From NCBI RefSeq assembly GCF_021869535.1, contig NW_026262593.1, forward strand, positions 32,054,001-32,118,000: 64,000 nucleotides of DNA, in the 5' to 3' direction. The DNA is from Mytilus californianus (taxonomy: Eukaryota). A model generated the notes under the pieces. The model did not search any database and was not told the origin of the DNA. It was given only the letters and a program-made list of their open reading frames with translations. The position numbers were made by a program, and so were the translations under genes. Below, piece after piece: positions 37,816 through 48,572 of the stretch (positions within the stretch are counted from its first letter, which is position 1; every line of letters starts with the position of its first letter).

Positions 37816-40800
37816 TTGGTTAACCTTACAGAAATTCGGACCACATATTCTGAGGTAACTATGATCATACTGTTTTACCTAATCATACTTGCCAAAATAA
37901 CCGAACAGGTACACACCAATAGTATCCTGACCAACAATGATACTTGCATGCCTGTACTCGTCAATGCAAAACAGAACACATCAACTGATATACTTACCTT
38001 TAATACTTACCACCTATTTAGGAAAAGATGTCTTGATAGAGTCGAAAGCACTAAACAGAGATCACTGTTAGCATACCTGGCAGTCATACTCATAAAAACA
38101 TCAAATGACATAAATCTCAACCCAGGACCTGAGTCAACTGTGTATCCATGTGGCACTTGTGACCATCCAGTAACATGGGACGATAGAGGAATAGTTTGTG
38201 ACACATGCAATCAATGGTACCATGTGTCATGCCAGTCGATGAACACTAAATCGTATAATGAATATGCAAATGACAGTGCACTTGCATGGGACTGTATCAC
38301 ATGTGGATGTCCAAACTATTCAACACTATGCTATTCATTAATACTTAGCACATCAAACCATTACAGCGTATTGTCTGACACCTCTCTTACCAGTCCAACG
38401 TCCTCAAAAAATATGAGACCCTTACATGCTTCAACACCGGATAAAAACAAGAACAGAAAACCATCAAAGAAATCTGAAACACCACTTAGATTATTAAATG
38501 TTAACTTCCGATCAATCAAAAGTAAACAAGGACAAGTACTAAATCTCATAGAAAGCACAAACCCAGATATCATCTTTGGACCCGAAACATGGGTAGACAA
38601 TAAGATCACTGACAGTCAAATATTCCCTCCTGGATATAACATCTTCCGGAAAGACAGAAACTGTAGCGGAGGGGGTGTATTAGTAGCTATTACAGATACA
38701 TATATAAACAGCCGTACCTGAACTACAAACTGACTGTGAAATTGTCTGGTGCAAACTTGAACTCATTGGACACAAAGCCATATACTTGAGCTCATACTAC
38801 AACCCTAAAAAACATCCAACGAGAATGGGTACTTAGAACTTGAGAAGAGCCTAACCAGAGCGAACAACATAAAAAATGCTTTAATCATCATAGCTGGTGA
38901 TTTCAACCTACCAGGCTGGGACTGGAAAACCAAATCACTGAAGCCCAATACACAACATACAAACATACACCATAAGTTCACTGACATCCTGGACGATCAT
39001 GGCTTACAACAAATGGTAGAGGAGCCAACAAGAGAATCAAACACACTGGATCTCATAATTACAAACTACCCAAACTGCTTCAACAGAGTCGAAACAATAC
39101 CTGGCATATCAGACCATGACATTGTCTTTGCAGAGTTAAATACCATACCATCTAAACAAACTCAAAAGCCAAGGAAAATATCCTTATATAAAAAAGCAAA
39201 GTGGGAAAACATCAGAGAAGATCTCAAATTGATAAATACTGAAATTACCAAGATGAACCATCATGAATGTAGTACACAAGAAATGTGGGACTATTTTCAA
39301 GGCAAACTTGAAAATACTATAAATGCCAACATACCGCAAAAAACAGCTAGAACAAAAGACGGTAACCCTTGGATTACGGCAGACATCAAACGCCTAATAC
39401 GGAAAAGAGACAAACATTACAAGAAAAAGAAAAAATCAGCTGATGCTAAGCATAACACCAAATATAAAGAACTGAAAAGACTGGTACAGAGAGAAATAAG
39501 ACGAGCATACTGGAAATATATAGAGGACATAATAACACCTGATCCCAAAGTAGACAAGACAAACTGCATGAAACGTTTCTGGACATTCATCAAGCACAAA
39601 AGATCAGACGGAAACCAAATACCACCATTAAGGAACAACGGACTACTCCATCCTGACTCAGTTGAAAAGGCTAACATACTAAATAAGCAGTTCCAATCAG
39701 CTTTTTCTGAAAAAAACCAACTTCACAGAAATAGAATTCAAAAACCGTTGTGACATGACCAACAACAACTACCCTACACTTCAAGACCTGAACATAACAG
39801 AAAACGGAATAGCAAAACTATTATCCAACCTAAACCCATTTAAAGCTGCGGGTCCAGACACCACTACATCAAGGGTGCTGAAGGAATTAGCCATAGACAA
39901 TGCACCAATCCTAACAACCATCTTCAGGCGATCCTATGAAACAGGTGATTTACCGGACATATGGAAAAAGGCTAACGTAAGCCCAATATTCAAGAAGGGA
40001 AACGGTTTGATGCAGTAAATTACCGCCCAGTCTCGCTTACCTGCATTTGCTGCAAAATCATGGAGCACATCGTAACAAGCCACATAATGACCCATGCTGA
40101 CAAACACAACATACTGTATCCACTACAACACGGATTCAGGAGAGGCCTGTCCTGCGAAACACAATTAATTGAGTTTATTAATGACATCACCATAAACATG
40201 GACGCAGGAAAACAAACTGACTGCCTTATAATGGATTTTTCTAAGGCCTTTGATAAAGTAAGTCATAGCCTACTTACCCACAAACTGGATCAATATGGCA
40301 TAAGAGGGAAAACCAATAGGTGGATCAAAAACTTCCTCGCCGACAGGAAACAAGTCGTAGTTGTAGAAGGGGAAAAATCTGATACAATCAACGTCGATTC
40401 GGGCGTCCCACAAGGATCAGTTCTTGGACCCAGTTTGTTCCTTTTCTACATAAATGACATGCCAGAGGGAATCCGATCAAGGGTAAGACTCTTTGCTGAT
40501 GATACAATCATATATCTCACAATATCATCGGACACAGACAGCGACCACCTTCAGGAAGATCTGAATAAATTGGCAATTTGGGAAAACAAATGGAAAATGG
40601 CATTTCATCCAGATAAATGTAATGTTCTTACCATAACAAGAAAACGTAAGCCTATTATAAAAGAATATGTACTGCATGGCCACACCCTCGAATCTCTAAA
40701 TTCTGCAAAGTACCTTGGCTGCACCATCAGCTCCGACTTAAAATGGAATGAACACATTAAAAACATATGTGTTAAAGCAAACAAGACCATAGGCTTCCTC

Positions 40801-41264
40801 AAACGTAACTTGAACATCAATAACAACACAATAAAAGAAACTGCATACAAGTCACTTGTAAGACCGACTCTAGAATATGCATGTACAGTCTGGGATCCTT
40901 ATCAACAAAACGACAAAAACCGACTGGAAATGGTCAGAGGAGAGCAGCCAGATATGTCACAAACAGATATCATTACACATCATCTGTTAGTGACATACTT
41001 AACAAACTAGAATGGAAAACCCTCGAAGACCGTAGGAGAACATCAAGGCTTACAATGATGTATAAACTTGCCAACGGGATGGTGAAAGTTGACACCAGTA
41101 ATACTCTCATTCCACCAGATAGGCTATCCAGAAACATCAACACAAATGGATATCAAGTACCATCTTGTAGGACCGAAGTGCGGAAGGAATCTTTTTACCC
41201 AAGGACGATACGAGACTGGAATGCCCTACCACATACTGCCACCAATACAGGTAGTCTTGAATGA
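37816..41264 (+). pseudogene. LINE ORF2 (PHD finger 38149-38304, AP endonuclease from ~38485, reverse transcriptase ~40000-40600), about five frameshifts
   Basis: C4-H-C3 PHD pattern; [24 protein letters not shown]; NYRPVSL, HGFRRGLSCETQL, DFSKAFDKV, GVPQGSVLGP, FADD. Frameshifts fall near 38710, 38810, 39715, 40000 and 40935. Confidence 0.92.
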
Positions 41265-42095
41265 TTCAAGACTTACCTGCATGAGATGAACTAGATCAAG
41301 CCAAGATGTTTTTAAACTCACTGTATATATGATGTATAGCACAAATTCAAATCAATTCAATATTTAATTTTTTTGTCTAAATTTTAAATGCGCATCCAAA
41401 AAGTGGCAAAATAATCAACTTATTGATGGTGGCCGCGTATTGGTAGAAGTAGAAGTAGAACCATCATGGCTTTAAACATATCATTTGCAGCATTATAATG
41501 TTCACTGTTAATGTCTTCTTTTCTTGTTTCGATGAAATGTTTTTGTAAACCAAATCTTAGAGTGATAAGTGATTTTTTAGCATATAAAGTACCATCCGTT
41601 TTTCTGACCTCCCCATAAAACTGTCGGAGTGTTTTAACAACGTCCTCTGTACAGGCCTGGTCCAAGTCTTGGATAGTTTTAAATGAACCGTCTTTTTCAA
41701 GTAAATAATCTCCGATTATCCGTTTTGCTACTCCATTTAAATTTTTTGCATTTTTCGAATCTCTGTCATAAAGTATTTTAGTAAGATCTTCAGGTTCTAA
41801 TGACGCAAATCTGCTTGTCTCTGCCATACTATGTTTATGTTTTGATCGTCTGATGTTGTCTTCCTGTTTTCGATATGTCAGTGTTTTACCTGACCATGCG
41901 AAAAGGTCAGAGAAACACGAATGATAAATGACGTCATTTTTGACCAATGAAAAGTAAGTTGGAAAAGCTCGGGAAATCTACTTACGAAACTATTCACCGG
42001 GTAAATAGTCTTTGAAACTATTAACTGGCAAATTGTCTCTAGAATGAAATAGCACAACTATTTCATTTATTTTATATAGAAAATAAACTCTTGAA

Positions 42096-43586
42096 GTATA
42101 ATAATATACACCTATTGACTGGGTATGAGGGTAATAGCAAGTTTGTTGTCCCTGAGATACCAACTATTGCTCGAGGCGAAGCCGAGGGCAATAGTTAGTT
42201 TCAAAGGGACAACAAACTTGCTATTACCCTCATAACCAGTCATTAAGTGTTTTATTATACCGAACAAAACAACTTTCTAAAAAGACTACATACACCACTT
42301 GAAAAAAAAATGATCACATAGACATGTACAACATGAACTATCAGGTTTTTTCCCCTGTGTGGTATTTGTCAATAATCTATTTACTGTAATCAAGACCAGG
42401 AATCCTTGTGTAAAAATTCCCGTGCATATGATAAACATTAGCTAAAATATTTTACCGTACACCAAAGCAATCCCAGATTATGAAGACGACGACAGACCAA
42501 TACCATACATTACATGTTTTAGTTCTTAAAAATATGTCGCGTAGATTTTCTTTTTAAATTGCTTCTGGTAAGTAATATATTAATTTGAAATTTGAAATTA
42601 CGACAGGTACATACAGATTATAACGTTTACGATATTTCAGAGTTTAACGTTGGCAAGCGCACAAATCCAAGCAGAATAGTCGATGACGTCATTGTTGTCC
42701 AATGAAAAATTAGTATGAAAAAGTACGGGAAATATGTTTATAAAACTATTGACCGGGGAAATAGTCTTTGAAACTATTGACTGGCAAATAGTCTGTGGAA
42801 TGAAATAGCACAAATATTTCATTCTTTTTTATATAGAAAAAACATACTGAGGTATAATAATATACACCTATTGACTGGGTATGAGGGTAATAGCAAGTTT
42901 GTTGTCCCTGAGATACCAACTATTGCTCGAGGCTTCGCCTCGAGCAATAGTTAGTTTCAAAGGGACAACAAACTTGCTATTACCCTCATAACCAGTCATT
43001 AAGTGTTTTATTATACCGAACAAAACAACTTTCTCAAAAGACTACATACACCACTTGAAAAAAAAATGATTACAAGATGAACTATTAGGTTTTTTTTCCC
43101 TGTGTGGTATTTGTCAATAATCTATATACTGTAATCAAGACCAGGATTCCTTGTGTAAAAATTGCCGTGCAAATGATAAACATTAGCTAAAATATTTTAC
43201 CGTACACCAAAGCAATCCCAGATTATGAAGACGACAACAGACCAACACAATACATTACATGTTTTAGTTCTTAAAATATGTCGCGTAGATTTTCTTTATC
43301 AATTGCTTCTGGTAAGTAATATATTAATTTGAAATTACGACAGATACATACAGATTATAACGTTTACGATATTTCAGAGTTTAACGTTGCCAAGCGCACA
43401 AATCCAAGCAGAATAGTCGATGACGTCATTGTTGTCCAATGAAAAATTAGTATGAAAAAGTACGGGAAATATGTTTATAAAACTATTGACCGGGGTAATA
43501 GTCTTTGAAACTATTGACTGGCAAATAGTCTGTGGAATGAAATAGCACAAATATTTCATTCTTTTTTATATAGAAAAAACATACTG
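42096..43586. mobile_element. Two tandem non-autonomous Crypton units (42096-42851, 42852-43586), period ~756 bp, each starting with the hairpin (H2 42096-42260, H3 42852-43016)
   Basis: Near-identical direct copies; ORFs 42637-42822 and 43374-43559 are nearly the same. Both units share the left subterminus (gtgttttattatac.gaacaa.acaactttc) and the right subterminus (TGACGTCA...gaaactatt.actggcaaat...tatatagaaa) with the autonomous element. Confidence 0.85.
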
Positions 43587-43901
43587 CAATTTTTACACAA
43601 GGATTCCTGGTCTTGATTACAGTATATAGATTATTGACAAATACCACACAGGGAAAAAAAACCTAATAGTTCATCTTGTACATGTCTATGTAATCATTTT
43701 TTTTCAAGTGGTGTATGTAGTCTTTTGAGAAAGTTGTTTTGTTCGGTATAAAAAAACACTTAATGACTGGTTATGAGGGTAATAGCAAGTTTGTTGTCCC
43801 TTTGAAACTAACTATTGCTCGAGGCAAAGCCTCGAGCAATAGTTGGTATCTCAGGGACAACAAACTTGCTATTACCCTCATACCCAGTCAATAGGTGTAT
43901 A
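43587..43901 (-). mobile_element. Inverted partial Crypton unit including hairpin H4
   Basis: Reverse complement of about 42861-43164; it retains a short segment (catagacatgta) deleted in unit B. Confidence 0.85.
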
Positions 43902-45061
43902 CTATTTATGAATTTTGCTTTCCAAAATGTTTGATCTCGATTGCAAGATAGAAGGATTAAGATTACTTCATCTGTATCATAGATGTAAATCATAGTCAGA
44001 AGCTTGACTTTGAATACTAGTATATAAGATATGTTTCATAGTTTGTAATCGTATGCCATATTACAGTATTAAAAAAACACTGAAATACTTGGTTTCGAAT
44101 GAACGCGTAAGGACGTCATTTCTGGCTAGTATCAAGGACCAGCATAGTCCAGTCTCAAATAGGTTTACCATACATGTTCTTCTTGTAAAGTCGTCAACAG
44201 CATTCATTCACCGTTTTTAAACATTGTATTTCAGCATAATGTGGTGGGTCTCGATATTATTGAGACCTCACCCTGAAACAATTCCTACATTGTTAAATAA
44301 TATATCATAACATTAAGTGTACTAGTCACAATGTGGTCTGCATGACTATACATAAAAGTTAAGTAATGATTGTTAAGTCAGCAGGTTTGGATTTAAAAAG
44401 ACGAAATTTAAAAGCATTGAAAAAACACCCATCAAAACCTTAGCCAAACAAGGCCGGATAGAAGAAAATTATAGTCTTTCGATTTATTTTGAATGTTTTA
44501 TGAACAGCAATTAAACATATAATCCCTTTGTTACTTGTACGGTACGTTGCTGTTGTTCGTGGACAAAACATAAGAACATCCCTTCCAAAAATTTATTCAG
44601 AAATGTTTTACGTGGAATCACAAGCATATTTTATATTTTGCACAAAATGGCAAAGTTTTCTTTTCAAAAAGGAGGAGTTAGGGTAACAGTCATTCATTTG
44701 AACTTTGAAGTTGCAATACTTCTAACTTTTCTTCATTTTCTTTGAATGACTAGTACATACTGCTACTAGAGGGGTGTTTAACGACCTTGACTACCCACGA
44801 GGGTCTCGCACGGTCGGCGAATAGTACATTGATATCTTTGATCAATAAATAGTTGCTTAAGCATCATTTCATTCATTTGCAGCGTTATAAACATTTCAAA
44901 ATTTACCCCCTTTGACAACAATAGCCTTATAGATTTCGTTAAATTGTCTATATGCCATTTTGTTTTTGTTTTTTGAAATAGTTATTTGTTTTTATAGTGA
45001 TCAAGATTTATTACACAATGTTGACTACTGTACCCTAATTTTTGACAATTTTACCTATTAT

Positions 45062-45282
45062 ATAGATATAAGAAGATGTGGTATGAGTGCCAATGAGACA
45101 ACTCTCCATCCAAGTCAAAATTTATAAAAGTAAACCATTATAGGTCACAGTACGGTCTTCAAAACGGAGCCTTGGCTCACACCGAACAGTAAGCTATAAA
45201 GGGCCCCAAAAATTACTAGTGTAAAACCATTCAAACGGGAAAACCAACGGTCTAATCTATATAAAAAACGAGAAACGAGAAA
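45062..45282 (+). repeat. Dispersed repeat family D (ataagaagatgtggtatgagtgccaatgagacaactctccatccaagtc...)
   Basis: Related copies at 49738-49825 (+), about 20380-20480 (-), 56620-56760 (-) and 61760-62040 (+). Confidence 0.75.
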
Positions 45283-45666
45283 TGTCTGTTTGTTTTTCTC
45301 ACATATTGTTATCAATATAATGAAATTATATGCGACTGACATACAAGTGAGAGGTTTAATTAGCTATAAAACCATGTTTAATCCACCATTTTCTACACAA
45401 GGAGATGCCTGTACCAAGTCAGGAATATGACAGTTGTTTTCCATTCGTTTGATGTGTTTGAGCTTTTGATTTTGCCATTTGATAAGATACTTTCCGTTTT
45501 GAATTTTCCTTGGAGTTCGGTATTTTTGTTATTTTACTTTTTTTGTATATACACATCAACATGTAAAACTCAGGTATTTGATTTGCACCATTCTAAACGT
45601 ATGATACACATCTTGGCACAATATCTTTCTCGGGAGTACCGTTAATATATTGTTGTTAAGATGGAG

Positions 45667-46992
45667 GAGGGGCCTGATGGGTTATTTTCGTTCTTCGTGA
45701 TCGGCGCATTTTCGCTATCGTGATCCGTTTTTCTACAGATTTATTTTTCGTGATTCGTGATGAAAGCATTGTTCGTGAATCGTTTTCATTGGAGTTTTAT
45801 GTTCGTTCTTCGTGATTGAGACATATATTTCGTTCTCGTGATTTTTTTTCCATTACGGAAATATAGAGTTCCATGATCACAACTTAATGGACCAGATGGA
45901 ACCATATCATCGAAAACTTTGAAGTCCGTAGACATGATCCATAGTGAACTGGGTTATTTGCAAAGTCAAATAACGTCAGTTAACTCATCAATTCCCATAA
46001 ACATGTTGTCGTGTCTCACTGTATGCGTTGAAACTTACTTGCTCTTGGACATTTCAAATGCCAATTACCAACAATGTTAGAACATGCCCGGAACTTAAGC
46101 AATACGGTGTATGAGGGAATAACAAGGAGTGTTCTGTGGGCTGCCTACTACTTTACGCATCCCTCCTCTTATTACCCTATTCCTGAAAATGACATGCCAT
46201 TGTCGTCCCTGAGTGCTATGGAGCACTTGAAACCAAAAGCCCTGCTGTCAAAAGACCAGGAAAGAGAAATGCGTGAGTGGGCCCAGGACTTTGGAAAGTG
46301 TGTTCGACAAAGATCAGTACGACAGCAAACGACAATGTACAACACTGGCACATTACCACTTAATATGTACAAAAATGCAACTTACAGTGCCACAAGTGAA
46401 CAAATCACATTTCCTTCAATATCTGAAGAAGGTAACAAGGACTACGATCAAGTTTCTGAATATGATTCAGAATCAGATGTGGACGACACTGAAGAAACGG
46501 ACAATGCTATTGACACCCCAGAATGTCTTAGTTTTCTTCAAGGGACAACCAGCAGGAGTGGGAGAACAATCAGGCTCAGCAGTAAATTTTATTTACAAAA
46601 TAAATATATATACTATATAGTCTATGAGTTTAGTCTCAAGATAAAACACAGACGTGGATCCGTGGTATTTTACGCCAGTATATTATATGATACAATACAA
46701 GAAGTCAGAATGTGACTGTTTTTAACGATTTAATTTAGAACCTGGGAGAATTCAACACGTAAACAAGTAATGAGCCAGTAATGTATTTGATTGTAGCTTA
46801 ATTGAACCAATCTACAACACAAACAACCAGCTTCTGAATCTCTGTTATCGAGATTGATTGGGGATACTCTTTTTATATTTTCGTGATCCGTGATCATGGA
46901 AATTTATTTTCTGTGAATCGTGATTGATAAAAAAAACAACTCGTGAATCGTGATGAGACCCCCCCCCCCCCCCCCCCCCCATCAGGCCCCTC
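45667..46992 (+). mobile_element. Internally deleted TIR DNA transposon (1326 bp; 15-bp TIR, 6-bp TSD ATGGAG) with a probable transposase C-terminal remnant (~45883-46620)
   Basis: GAGGGGCCTGATGGG (45667-45681) and CCCATCAGGCCCCTC (46978-46992) are flanked by ATGGAG at 45661-45666 and 46993-46998. Subterminal tcgtgat arrays are present. The remnant reads NGPDGTISSKT...NMLSCLTVCVE/.../PTMLEHARNL...WAAYYFTHPSSYYP...VRQRSVRQQTTM. Confidence 0.75.
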
Positions 46993-47858
46993 ATGGAGTA
47001 CAAAATGAGCTTGCACATTTCTGTAAATACAAACATTTCGAAGGATTGTTTGTACAATGTAAACAAATTAGATAACATTCAAATAAAATGTTCTTACAAG
47101 TGTTTAACAGATCAATGTCTTTAAATATTTTAAGAATGAATGACGTTGTTGTATGACATCTACTCTGAGTACAACAACCGATTTTAGAGTGTCGAAAAAC
47201 ATAATATCATATCATCAGGCTCATAGTTGCCTTTGAAAGATAACACCAAATCATTCATTGCATGATAAACAGAGAGGAACATATCGATGTTTAAAGTATC
47301 CTTATAAAGCTACAGAGTGCTATGTTTTGACATTATTGTCAATATTTTAACTAGGACTACATACTTTGACCTACAATTAATGGAGTGTTTGTTTTTTATT
47401 GTTAAATTTATCTTTTATAGTTGCATATCAAGAGAACAGGAAAAGGCCTAATGAGAAGTAAATAGAATATTTTGATAGCAAAACATGACAAAAAGATCGT
47501 AAAGAAAAAGTAGATGGGTTAATACATAAACCAATATCATTAATACTAAGATATATTAAAAACATCCGCCCCAATTCATGCTAAATGCATTATATTGATG
47601 GAGTTCCGACGTACATTGTGTCAAATGCAATCAAACGTTTTTACTAATTATCAACCTTCGATCATAAACCAATATATATTAGTCTTTGTTGTTTTTGCTA
47701 TTAAATTGCTAACAAATTATTTGTGTGAGCATGTGCAATTTAGGAATAGGCCTTCTTTTTTAAAAAAATGTTTTAAATTTGTACATTTGAAGCTTAATAT
47801 TTTGATGTGGTGAAAATTTGACTAAAAAACGGATTTAATATTTCCATTTAAAGCTATC

Positions 47859-48572
47859 ATGGTATCACAAACTGCGATTTTTATCCTTATGTTTAGTTTG
47901 ATTAGTAAAAGTTTGGAAAACGAGCTGTTTCAGTTTAAATTTGCTCTTCTCAGACCTAATATAAAAACAGCTTCTTTTCTCTCAAGTGAAATTTTAATGA
48001 ACACATTCGTACGCTCCCGACTCGAATGTTACTCGGAATGTGCGTTGTCTGACAATTGTCTCTCTATTACTTACCAAAGCAAGACCTGTATTCAGTATAT
48101 ATCGTACCCACTTACAGTTTTACCAATGAATAACTTGAATTACGTGATATTCAAACCATGGTGTGATGTTTATATTGGATTTATATATATACGGAACCTT
48201 AATCTGTGTTACATGGTAATATCCAACAGTATGCATTGTGTCGACGCGGGTCAAGTATGTTCTCAACATTCAGCATCGATAATTGAGATAGACAGCCAAA
48301 CAAAACAGGACTTCATTGTCAATGTAATAAATAATGACCTTTTTATTTCTGGAATTTTTATTGCTGGACAATTCGCAAGCGGGTCTTGGTTACAAGTGGA
48401 TGGCACACCCCTGTTGTACAATAACTGGGACACCCGTGACACAAACAACATTCAGCCGAACAGTAGAGGTGTAACTGGAGATTGTATTGGAATGGAATCC
48501 ACTTATGAGTTCTATTGGCATGATTTTGAAAGTTCATATAAATATGGTGTTATCTGCGAACAAAGGGATTGA
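47859..48572 (+). CDS. Secreted PAN/apple-domain + C-type lectin domain protein, single coding exon, 237 aa
   Basis: Hydrophobic N-terminus MVSQTAIFILMFSLISKS; PAN-like SRLECYSEC..SDNCLSITY..KTC; CTLD with C..VC...IEIDSQTKQDFI...YNNWD...QPN...GDC...WHD...VICE. Confidence 0.85.
   Translation: MVSQTAIFILMFSLISKSLENELFQFKFALLRPNIKTASFLSSEILMNTFVRSRLECYSECALSDNCLSITYQSKTCIQYISYPLTVLPMNNLNYVIFKPWCDVYIGFIYIRNLNLCYMVISNSMHCVDAGQVCSQHSASIIEIDSQTKQDFIVNVINNDLFISGIFIAGQFASGSWLQVDGTPLLYNNWDTRDTNNIQPNSRGVTGDCIGMESTYEFYWHDFESSYKYGVICEQRD

Larger units (their letters stand above)
36547..41460 (+). mobile_element. Full-length CR1-group non-LTR retrotransposon (~4.9 kb): SGNH ORF1, ORF2 with 2A-like motif, PHD, APE and RT; (GTAGAA)3 tail; CCA target duplication
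   Basis: Boundaries are fixed by exact in-frame reconstitution of the Crypton ORF (CCA at 36544-36546 and 41461-41463). The tail gtagaagtagaagtagaa is at 41443-41460. Confidence 0.9.
34865..41827 (-). pseudogene. Crypton tyrosine recombinase (DUF3504/KCTD1-ZMYM-related type), disrupted by a LINE insertion and frameshifts
   Basis: MAETSRF...FKAMM (41827-41462) joins in frame to VAMKKEG...FCNRGRENIR...RQTKNHRG (36544-36218). After a GT-AG intron (36217-35477) it continues GSANCPVRSFTKYFSKLHPDRTDFWQRP...PVGKNTLG...YTNHCIRTT...LSGHKSE...SYCKR. The R, K, HxxR, H and Y catalytic motifs are all visible. Confidence 0.85.
34408..42260 (-). mobile_element. Crypton-type (tyrosine recombinase) DNA transposon bounded by directly repeated ~160-bp hairpins; contains a nested LINE
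   Basis: Hairpins at 34408-34564 and 42096-42260 enclose the split recombinase gene. Confidence 0.8.

Noticed and set aside
41420-41947. Track ORF taken at face value as a 175-aa protein
   Set aside because: The last 13 codons come from the LINE tail, and the first 40 are probably upstream of the real ATG at 41827.
34408-43901. Reading the hairpin array as a CRISPR array or a bacterial integron contaminant
   Set aside because: The repeats are ~160 bp with ~600-bp near-identical spacers, there are no cas genes, and the recombinase has a spliceosomal intron in an animal genomic context. The integron comparison is only an analogy.
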